Below are positions 1 through 9,150 of a stretch of 64,000 nt of DNA, piece after piece. Made by a program: the position numbers and the translations under genes. The notes beneath the pieces were generated by a model that saw nothing but the letters and a program-made list of their open reading frames with translations, was not told the DNA's origin and ran no database searches. This DNA is from Podarcis muralis (taxonomy: Eukaryota), in the NCBI RefSeq assembly GCF_964188315.1, contig NC_135656.1, forward strand, positions 33,666,001 to 33,730,000, written 5' to 3'. Numbering within the stretch: position 1 is the first letter of the stretch; each line of letters starts with the position of its first letter.

Positions 1-212
1 ACTTCCTCTCTGCCCAAGAACATTAGAGGCCACACCTCCTCAACAGTATTTATAGGAACTCAAACACTGAGATCCTGCTCTGTTCCAGTAACAAGAAGCC
101 GAAAGCACCAGCCTGAAGATGACGAGTGAGACCTCGTCGAAACGTCGCCTAGACACCCCAACTTTTACACGGGAAGACACCCGAGGACACCAAAACCTGC
201 ATTCCTGTACCC
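1..212 (+). mobile_element. Probable Penelope-like element terminal (pseudo-LTR) fragment with a minimal hammerhead-like motif
   Basis: CTGAAGA-T-GACGAG-tgagac-CTCGTC-GAAAC-GTC at 113-146; non-coding; abuts an assembly gap. Confidence 0.5.
113..146 (+). ncRNA. Minimal type-I hammerhead ribozyme-like motif
   Basis: Core CUGANGA (113-119), perfect 6-bp stem II (121-126/133-138), GAAA (139-142), palindromic ACGU then C146 as putative cleavage site; stem I is weak. Confidence 0.5.
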
Positions 213-413
213 NNNNNNNNNNNNNNNNNNNNNNNNNNNNNNNNNNNNNNNNNNNNNNNNNNNNNNNNNNNNNNNNNNNNNNNNNNNNNNNNNNNNNNNN
301 NNNNNNNNNNNNNNNNNNNNNNNNNNNNNNNNNNNNNNNNNNNNNNNNNNNNNNNNNNNNNNNNNNNNNNNNNNNNNNNNNNNNNNNNNNNNNNNNTCTT
401 CTTCATTGTTCAG

Positions 414-731
414 GCCTTCTCTTCAACTGTGGAAGAGTTCAGGACACTCCCGTGTGCCTTTTCAGCTCTGCTTTCCACTCTCTGTGGGAAGATCACTTTC
501 CTCCAGTCTTTGATACAGGTTTCCCCTATCTTGGGGACAACATACATCCTAAGCTTTGGAGCTGGCGTGCTCTGGATGGTGCAGAGCTTCCTTTGTGCCT
601 CTGTCCTTAACAGTTACCATACTGTCCATTCTGAGATCTACCATCCAGCTATTGAGCCTCAGGATTATGAGATGATTGAGTTTTTGGTGAAAAGGTTGAA
701 GCTGTGGCTAGGACTTAGCAAAACCAAAGAG
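414..731 (+). CDS. PKD1-like penultimate coding exon (106 codons; last TM segments and start of cytoplasmic tail)
   Basis: cag|GCC at 411-414, GAG|gtaagc at 731/732; open frame AFSSTVEEFRTL...GLSKTKE. Confidence 0.88.
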
Positions 732-1964
732 GTAAGCGAGATAAAACACCCAAAGCAATAGAGGTGGTGGGTGGGGAGAAAAGAAAGAAAAAGGGAATGG
801 GGAATACAGCACTCTTCCGCACAGTCCTGTCTCAAGGGGAAGAGATGGAAAGTGAGAATGTGGCTGCTCTGTGGTGCTATTCTATGCTTGCTCTAGCACC
901 ACTTATGATGTGGTGGTAACTTGCAATACAAGCCACATGAAGGCAGCTTCACAGGGTTGAACTATTAATGCATAGCAGCTTCCCAGCTGTAAACAGCTGC
1001 TTACATAAATGTGATGACCATCTGAATGTCTCTTTTGTGTGAGCTGTTCTCCTCTAAATAGACTTGAGTATGATAACTCTGTAAGCTTGATTTCAGGATC
1101 AGTTTTGAGAGACCTTTCTCTATACCTCACACCACAATCTATATAAAGAATGGCAGCCTAGCTTGTCCCCATGATGGCTGAATTAGTTTTCCCAGACAAC
1201 AGGAAAAAGAGTTTGCAACAGATTTTGACCTCTTTGCCTTTCAGTTTCGCCACAAGGTGAAATTTGAAGGGATGGACTCCCTGATTTCCCACTCTTCTGG
1301 AAACTCCAAACCTTCTCGCCTTCCTTCTCCGGGCACCAACTTTCACTGTACTACTGCAACCATTTCTTCCTTCAGCTCTGAAGAGCTGGTGCTTCCTGAG
1401 AGCCCCATCCCTGATCCTTGCAATGTAGACTTTTACCTGGAGCACCTGCCATCTGCAGTCAATGATCTCCTGGACGGCTTTGACAGGGTCCTAAAGCTGA
1501 TGGAGGATGTGTGCCATCTTGAGACCAGCTTAGAGGAGACTCAGAGGAGAATTTGCAAGAAGAAGAAGAAGGGGCAGAAAAGCCATCCCATGGAAAAGGT
1601 AGCAACACTCGCCTCAAGAACCAGCTTAGGGCTGCCGAGAACTTACAGCACCTTCTCAGAGTCTGCCTTAGCCAGGCTCAGAGCTCACCATGTCAGGATT
1701 TCCAGCTGCAGTGCCACTGAAGGGGGCAAGCAGCACCCAGCGGATACCGTATCTCAGCAAAGCTCAACAGGATACAAGGTTCTGGTGGGCAACCCTCCAG
1801 CTTCAGGCCACATCTTCCAAAGCACTCTTCCCTGGCCGGCCCATTTGTTTAAAAAGAGACCCAGGAGTGAGGAAGGGCAGGGATATCTGTGTTGTGACGT
1901 GCTTCAGAGACAGATCCCTTTAAAGAGGAGAGCATGGCAGACCGAAGGAACAGGTGACATGTAG
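414..1964 (+). CDS. Polycystin-1 (PKD1)-family gene, last two coding exons (414-731, 1245-1964); probable PKD1 paralogue (pkd1b-like); 5' exons lie outside the window or in the gap
   Basis: AG at 412-413, GT at 732 and AG at 1243-1244 give a phase-0 join reading ...HSEIYHPAIEPQDYEMIEFLVKRLKLWLGLSKTKE|FRHKVKFEGMDSL.... This matches the recalled human PKD1 tail (GELYRPAWEPQDYEMVELFLRRLRLWMGLSKVKE|FRHKVRFEGMEPL), including the intron position. Coiled-coil-like VNDLLDGFDRVLKLMEDVCHLETSLEE at ~1458-1544; TAG at 1962-1964. Confidence 0.9.
1245..1964 (+). CDS. PKD1-like terminal coding exon (239 aa plus stop)
   Basis: Polypyrimidine tract and cag|TTT CGC CAC AAG at 1245; in frame with track ORF 1257-1964. 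Confidence 0.9.
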   Translation, partial: FRHKVKFEGMDSLISHSSGNSKPSRLPSPGTNFHCTTATISSFSSEELVLPESPIPDPCNVDFYLEHLPSAVNDLLDGFDRVLKLMEDVCHLETSLEETQRRICKKKKKGQKSHPMEKVATLASRTSLGLPRTYSTFSESALARLRAHHVRISSCSATEGGKQHPADTVSQQSSTGYKVLVGNPPASGHIFQSTLPWPAHLFKKRPRSEEGQGYLCCDVLQRQIPLKRRAWQTEGTGDM

Positions 1965-2200
1965 ACAACCTCTGTGTGGGTTTAACTGAGCGCAAGAGCC
2001 GGTACCCGTTTGTTTTCCCTCCTCGTGCTTCACTCACATAATGCAACTCACTGGAGAAGTAGGGTCCAGATTAACCTCCTTACCTTTGCTATCTTTCAGG
2101 GTACTACAGATTGGGTGGACTCTGCCTAGAATGCCTTAAGTTTTCTGCACAGGAAAATTAGAATTATAATGGTGCATGTAAAGTACTTTGTAGTGTATTA

Positions 2201-2409
2201 CAGTGGTACCTCGGGTTACATACGCTTCAGGTTACAGACTCCGCTAACCCAGAAATATTACCTCAGGTTAAGAACTTTGCTTCAGGATGAGAACAGAAAT
2301 CGTGCAGTGGCGGCGCGGCGGCAGCAGGAGGCCCCATTAGCTAAAGTGGTGCTTCAGGTTAAGAACAGACCTCCGGAATGAATTAAGTACTTAACCCGAG
2401 GTACCACTG
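2201..2409. mobile_element. Tc1/mariner (Tigger/pogo-like) MITE
   Basis: 18-bp TIR CAGTGGTACCTCGGGTTA/TAACCCGAGGTACCACTG, flanked by TA on both sides. Confidence 0.9.
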
Positions 2410-3812
2410 TACATTATTTACAATCTAGCACAGTAGCTTTGTGCAATCCTACTGTATTTTTGTACTACTGTCTGGAATGAAATACCTACAAGGAAGGCTT
2501 TAGGACAGGCATGGGCAACCTCAGGACAAGGGCCCAAATGCAGCCTCCAGGCCTCTTTATCAGGCGTTTCAAACTCTCTCCAAGCCACATCTTCCTTACC
2601 AACTCTCCACCCTCCCTAGCCCTGCTGCACTCCTGCGTATTTCTGCCTGACTGAAATGCATTCTTTCATGCCTCTTGCTTGTCTGGCTAGAGGATGTGTG
2701 TGTGTCAGTATTCTATGGGACAGTCTAAGAGAGCAGAACTTCTAGCTAGCTACATTAAGCATTACATTCTTGAAGTTGCTGCAAAAATACATCTGTAATC
2801 ACAGCCTTTGAGAACTTGTCATGTCTGTATTAAAACAATACATACATCCAACATACTATGCTTACTACCAAGTCCTTCATTAGCATCTGAGGGCAGGAGC
2901 CAGCAGAAGCCTTGCACAAAGGGGCCGCCCCCCCTTCTCTCCTTGACATTGGGTGCGAGGACTTCCAGAACAGCATAGAGGAAGGGGATATGCTTGTGCA
3001 GATGGAGCATTTGTAATAGCACTATGCAATCAGCATTTTTCATCAAGTTCCTGTAACTAGTTTCACATACAGGAGATAATGGCATCACCGGTAATGAACC
3101 CTTCATCGTAGGTTTACATCTGTTATACTTCTGCAAATGGGGGGGGGGGGGCACACACACAGCAAGACCTGAGCCCAGAAAAGATACTGGCAGTGAGAGA
3201 AAAGAGTGTACACGTTTTACGTTTTCACATTTCATCTTAGTAAAGAGAAACATACAAACTTCCTGGTGTGTGCCAGTGAGAAAAGAGCTGTCACAATGAA
3301 TAACTGAGAGGCTGTATGGGAGCCTGCAATGCTTTGAGAGAAGCCCATTGAGTACTTCAGTTCAACCAAACATTAACCACCTATTTCTAGGACTGCTGCC
3401 GATTAACTCTCGGAATAAGAGTAGGTTGTAGTTTATGTTTTTGATAGAAACAGGCCCTAATCAAGAACCCTGGTAAGGCAATGATGAGACTGTCAGTTTG
3501 TAACAGAGGAGACAAGCCTAACTTTCCTGTCCCTTAGTAGCACTGCAGCCCAAACACATTCAGTTCGCTCTATATACATCACACTTTGCCATTTTCACCA
3601 ATAGAAACCATTTCCCTAAGATGATAGTTTGTTCTAGTTGCTGTTGCCCATCATACTTTCGTAATGTCTACTGCAAGTCAAGTTGAATGCTGACGCAGTA
3701 CAGAGCCCGCAGCATTTTCTACTCCAGCGGTTGGTCCCTAACACCATAGATCCAGGCCATGATGCAGTTTGGAGGCAGAGATCCTATGCTTCTGGAGTCC
3801 GTATAAGCCTCA

Positions 3813-3959
3813 TTAGCTGTCACAAACTTGATTCTGTAGCTTCGTTACATTGTAAAATTGTTCATCCACATGGCTGGTTTGCTCAAGCAGCCACTGCCTT
3901 TCTTGCTCATCCACAATCAGTCTGAGTGTTACTTCGTGGAAGATGACATTGACTCCCAC
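3813..3959 (-). CDS. NAT9: NAT9 last coding exon
   Basis: tag|GTG...TAA; [36 protein letters not shown]...CDS*. Confidence 0.95.
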   Translation of the reverse strand: MGVNVIFHEVTLRLIVDEQERQWLLEQTSHVDEQFYNVTKLQNQVCDS

Positions 3960-6900
3960 CTAGACAGTGCACAAGATAATAATCCAAGTTAACTTTCGGG
4001 TCTGCAACAAATACAGAGTCAACTAAAGATGGTTCTGCTACATGAGGAATACTTATTAGCGCACCTCCTTGAAATGAATCTTTTTGAACATGCCAATACT
4101 GGCTTCATTTTCCAATCCAATTTTAGCTTCAAAGGTGTTTAGTCCCAGGCGAGTCATTCCTACAGGATAGAAGATTAGAAATAAGCTACTGTCTCTACTC
4201 TTGTCAATTTCATTTGGGAAGGTTGATCACATGTTCTGCATGCAGTATGTCCCATTTTCTCTCCCTGGCATCTCCAGGTAAGGTTGGAAATGTCTGAAAC
4301 CCTTGAGAGCCACTGTTAGCAAGTGTTGATAATACTAAGTGAGACGAAGTGATGTGCTTACTCGGTATAAGGCAGCTTCCTATGTTTCTACGATTATAGG
4401 CGATTGAAGGCTCTGTGTTCCAAGTATAAGCAGAAAAGTAAACTCATTAGCAAGGTATCTTAAAACTCTATGGCAGAATTTCAAAGTCTTGGAATGGAAA
4501 TCTTCTACCGCTATTGATGTACACAGAAATTAATCCTCCATGCATATGCAGTGCCCTCCAACACTTTCCAACTTCATGCCAGACACTCTTACCATAGGAC
4601 ATCATGATCAGAGTGGCTTCCTTGCCAAATCCTCTGCCACGATAGCTGGCCTCTGAAAGAGAGGAGCAGGGGAGAATTAAGAACTGTATCTGTTTCCAGG
4701 TTCATCTAGAACAAAGGTGGGGAACCTTTGGCCAACAGGAGGGTCTAGAATTTGGAATGGGTATCTCTCACGCACCCTAGAGTCTTCCTAATTCAAGGCC
4801 CTTTTTTTAAGACAAGAAGGTACAAGATATGCAACATTATTTATTTTTTTACAGAAAGATCAATCAGACTAAAGGGATACAGGGATAGGTGAAGAAAAAA
4901 GAAGAAGAGGCTCCTTTCTTGCACATTTAGTAAGATTTAGGCTTCATTTCTGAAAAATTCAGGACTGACAAAATACAACCCTGGCAGCTTGCACTGACCT
5001 ACCAAGGAATGACGCTAGGTCAGGTTGCAATAGTTGTGTCAGACATTTGTGCACAGGATGCTTGTTTATAACCTATTTTATTTTTTGTTGGCTTTGGTCA
5101 CTTCTGCTGAAGAGACAATCTTTTGAAGTAACTTGCTAAAGGCTGAAATATTGATGGGCCCATAAATTATAGAAGCGTTAGGTTACCTGCAATCATGATT
5201 TCGATCTCTCCAAGTGTTGGATCTTCACTGTCTGTGAGGAACAAGTTCACATCGCCCACCATGCAGTCTTCCTCCGTGGTTGTCTGCTTAGACCACTTAT
5301 CTGTGTCAAGCACTATAAATGTGCATTCTGGGGAATTTTTTAAAAAAGAAGCAGGCCCAATGGAGAACATTTAAAACCATTTTAAATGAAACCAGGGTCA
5401 ACTAATGCAGTAATTAATGGCAACCAGCACAATGTAAGAAGCTTCCTTCTTGACTTGGAATGAGAGATCTCTTGCTTCAGGCTGGGTGCAAAAGCCAATG
5501 CAACTCTTTCCCTGTCCCTCAAACCCTTAGGAAAATACAGAACTCTGGGAAGAATTTAATCTCACCTAATGTCAATTTGGGTCAAACCAAATGGGCAAGT
5601 GTTTGATGGGCCTATTCACTTTTTAAAAATATTAAAATCAGTGTGCAGGAGTTAGGAAAGAAATGTGTCTGCTTCCCTTCGCAGGAAAAAAAAAAGGGCC
5701 CATCTGAATTTTTATGTGGTAGCCGTAAGTAAGAAGGATGTTATAGTTCAGTTCCTGTGTACCTAACCACAGGTATTGGGCTAAAGAGAAGAACTTCCAC
5801 AGCATCCAGAGGACATTGCATGGAAATGGATAACTATAGATACCATGTTTAGGTAGCTGATATGCGATTCTTGGGTACTTGTGTATTCTGCGGTTTTGGC
5901 CCTGAGTACCTTCCAAGATTTAATTTTGCTCAGAATAAAGTTGCCATCTATTTCTACACAGTCCAAATTATCAGTATTAGTTATTACCATGTTAAACTGA
6001 TCAGCAGCTGAAATTTTAACATGGAAGAATCACTTTTATATGAATGGACCTTTAAATAAACTAGACAACATACATGCTCGCTACCCTCATCTTCAAGTCC
6101 TGACAAATATTTTAAAATCTCACTGTCTGCATCTTCCCGCCAACTGCGCTGCATCTCATATTCCTGTTCAAGGCTTAATGGCTCTGATGCAGTCAGACGC
6201 TGCAGCTCTTCAGACTTCATCCACTCATGGTACCTGGTGAGAAAATCCAGAGAGGGAATATATTCCTCTTCAGAACATTGCCTACTATGTTCTGTTGGAA
6301 AGGTAAACAAGATCTCCGCCATGAACCCATTTGAGGCATGAAATGACTGGCCCAGGCACACTTATACCAACATTCTATTTTATTTCTTCACAACATGAAA
6401 TAGGCACCACACAGACAGAAGAAATTATTCTTAATGGCTGGGTTCACCAAGGTTTAACTCTCATTCCACTTGTACTTAGGATGCCATTGAATGGGGGGGG
6501 GGTGGGAGCTGCACCTGGAGACAATATATTTAGAACAAAATACAACCTCTCTTTTCTGAGAGGGTGCCCCAGGCCCTGCCTTCCATATATACATATCTCT
6601 CATGTAGTAATGACAGATATATTACCAGTAAGCAATAAATATGTACATTTCTAATAATTCCCAAATATGTTGTTCTTACTGTTTACAACTGAGGTTTCCA
6701 AATGCCTGCAGAGTTAAAAATTAAGGCTGTAATCCTAATGCATACTAGTTTAGGAGAAAGCTCCACCACACTCAGTGGAATGTACATCTTAGTAAACATG
6801 CACCAGACAACAGTGATAAGTTCTTGGTAGTCTAGACAAGAGGTTACCATTACCATCATTCCCCTCCCCCCACAAGCACAGATGATTGATTTTGCCCACC

Positions 6901-7377
6901 TATGCATATTTCAGACCTGGACATACCTGCAGTTCTGTTATCTCAAAATGTAGGAGGTGTTATCAAAAATATTCCTATGAACATATGTGAAAATTTGAAT
7001 TTTTAAAAAAAGAAAAGTTAAAATCCCCCACAACTTTTGCATATATGCCCAATTAATATCAATAAACTGATCCATTAATACTTGCAGATCAGAGCAGTTA
7101 CAGGTAACTTCAGTGCTTATGGCTCAAGCAGTTTATCTGTTTGTTCCACTTGGAATGCAAATTAACAAACACATATTACAAACACACATATATAAAAAAA
7201 TCTTTTGCAAAGAAATATGTAAAGATGACTTAACATTCCAGACCTCTAAAGTCAATGCCCCCCCCCAAACTGGAGATTTGGCAAAGTATCTGTTTCATAC
7301 TTGGGTACATGAGCAGAGGTATATGGCACCAGGGTCACCCTCTTTCCCTGCAGTACAGTATTCTGGTTAATTCTCAT
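3813..7377 (-). CDS. NAT9: N-acetyltransferase 9 (GNAT family), 209 aa; coding exons 7377-7301, 6233-6124, 5327-5187, 4652-4593, 4159-4065, 3959-3813
   Basis: All introns are GT-AG and phase-compatible; CDS is 630 nt. Translation [45 protein letters not shown]...[11 protein letters not shown]...[11 protein letters not shown]...[21 protein letters not shown]...WLLEQTSHV matches recalled human NAT9, and the head-to-head arrangement with TMEM104 is as in human. Confidence 0.97.
4065..4159 (-). CDS. NAT9: NAT9 coding exon 5
   Basis: tag|GAATG...AAGGAG|gtgcg; [32 protein letters not shown]. Confidence 0.95.
4235..4390 (+). mobile_element. Old squamate SINE fragment (Squam3-like, family tentative)
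   Basis: Ends in ...tataaggcagcttcctatg; a related copy lies in opposite orientation at ~16178-16345. Confidence 0.5.
4593..4652 (-). CDS. NAT9: NAT9 coding exon 4 (acetyl-CoA-binding motif A, RGRGFG)
   Basis: cag|AGGCC...TATG|gtaag; [20 protein letters not shown]. Confidence 0.95.
5187..5327 (-). CDS. NAT9: NAT9 coding exon 3
   Basis: cag|AATGC...GCAG|gtaac; [11 protein letters not shown]...[25 protein letters not shown]. Confidence 0.96.
6124..6233 (-). CDS. NAT9: NAT9 coding exon 2
   Basis: cag|GTACCATGAG...GCAGACA|gtgag; [36 protein letters not shown]. Confidence 0.96.
7301..7377 (-). CDS. NAT9: NAT9 first coding exon (exon spans 7387-7301)
   Basis: Acceptor before 7387, ATG 7377-7375, donor AA|gtatga after 7301. 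Confidence 0.95.
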
Positions 7378-8279
7378 AGCTCCAAGCCTGCAACAAACAA
7401 GATTATGTTAGTGATACACTTTTTCAAAATAAATGTTATTGGTTCAGTTTTGAAATAAGAATGAACAACAACAAATGAGAGCAAAATATAACAATGCTAT
7501 ACAGAGGAATCATACATATCAATTTTAATATACAATCGGTCCATTTATATACAATAAAGTGTAAGATACACAATTTAAAGGGCAGCTGCAATATATTTGT
7601 GTACATAAAATGTAGTTTACCATGGTTCATTTGTGAGAGATATAATCTGTAATTTGACCAAAATAATTGCCGAGAGTATCTTGAAGCAGATGAACTGCAA
7701 GAAAACCCTACTTAATATTTCTCTTTGCCCCAGCCCCACCAGAAATGGTACAATGTTTAATAACAAAGAAAAAAACTACAGTGGTAGTACAAGAATTATG
7801 AAGCAACTGCAAAGGAGGTCCGGACTACTTAGTCATGCAGCTATAAAGCATTTGCTACACTGTGATTGAAACACAGGATAATTACAGCAGTTCATAATTG
7901 ACATCCAGGATTCAGAAGTTAAAACAGGAGGATGAGGAGGTGGAGGTGGTTGAGTGTCCGGGTGCAACCACACCGACAGCATTCCCTGGAAATAAATTCC
8001 ACAATTTTGCTTGCGCACTGCATGGAATTTATTCCATAACATTTATACACCACTTGAAGAAAACAAACAAACCTCAAAGCGAGCGAGTTACAAAAAAAAG
8101 GAATTAGACTTTGCATGTAACTTCTCCAGAGGCAACACTGAAGAGACATCAATCAGGGAGCCACTTTCGCAAGAGATCTTCCCCCACATACTACTCCTAA
8201 TCTCCAAACAGGCGTCATTTAGCCGCAATCTACACCTGAACCAGAGAAAGAGAGACAAGCTCCACTTTAAACCCACCCA

Positions 8280-9150
8280 AAGCCACGCGAGCGCCTATTT
8301 ACCTCGCTCCTCTACCATCCCAACCCAAGCCACACGCACGCGCAGTGGCCAAACTCTCCTTCCCGGTCGCGCTACGGTAGCCGCCGAGTCTCAATCCGAC
8401 CAGCGTCTTTCCCAACCACCGACAGACGCATACAGCCACACACCCCGCCCCCGTGGTCACGTGCCATCAGGAGACGGGACCAATCGGCGTAGAAAGCGAT
8501 TCGAGAGGTCGTGGTCACGCGCGCGGAAAGCTCGGCTGTTGGCGGCTTTTTGCTTGGCGTAGAAGCGCTGTTCCCTCCCTCCCCACTGCCCCGCCTACCC
8601 TCCCTCAGCTCCTCCGCTTGTGCGCGTGCGCCGTCTGCGGGTTCCCCTTGCTCGCGCCGGTAATGAGGGAAAACGACGGTTGGGAGTTGCTGGGCCGGAC
8701 GTTGCCGTGGAGCCGAGCGAGGAGCGCCGGCGTGGCGGGTAAAGAGGCTTGTTGTGAGGAGTTTTTTTGAGTGGGTGGCAGAAGGGGTGGTGGCGGCGGG
8801 GCGAAGTCCTGTGTGGCGACAGAAGGGGAAGCGGGCTGGCGGCCTGAGGCGGGTCGGGGAAAGGGTTGGCGGGGAAGACGTGGCATTCCCGACGACGCTC
8901 CTTCCCGCGCGGCTCTCCGGAGGAGGCTTTTAAATAGGCGCAGGCTGTGTGTGACTGTTCTGCCTGTCTCTGGGCTGTTCCCCCCCTGAAGGAGACCGCG
9001 CAGAGGACTATAGAATTGCCCCCCGCTCGGCGTGAGCATCTTCCCAAACAGCGAGGAAGATCTGCTGCCTACCAGGTGCAGGTGGTGGTCACGCGGTTGT
9101 CTGTATCTGCTCGGAGACCTAGTACACGTGCGCGTGTGCGAATTCACAGA
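8280..9150. promoter_or_regulatory. CpG island / bidirectional promoter shared by NAT9 and TMEM104
   Basis: Only strongly CpG-rich non-repeat segment, lying between divergent genes. GC box ~8444-8450, GGTCACGTG E-box 8455-8463, CCAAT 8480-8484, NRF1-like TGCGCGTGCGC 8621-8631. Candidate first-exon donors: NAT9 GAG|gtaaat at 8303/8302 (-) and TMEM104 CGG|gtaaag at 8738/8739 (+). Confidence 0.8.

Noticed and set aside
119-610. ORFs spanning the N gaps (119-610, 149-406, 38243-38761 and others)
   Set aside because: Their lengths are inflated by Ns; the real coding frame near 414-731 is a different one.
414-1964. Calling this gene canonical PKD1
   Set aside because: The neighbour is NAT9 rather than TSC2 and the distal tail is strongly divergent; symbol left blank pending phylogeny.
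5984-6361. Track ORFs 5984-6361 and 5167-5370 as stand-alone genes
   Set aside because: Each is a single NAT9 exon plus intronic read-through.
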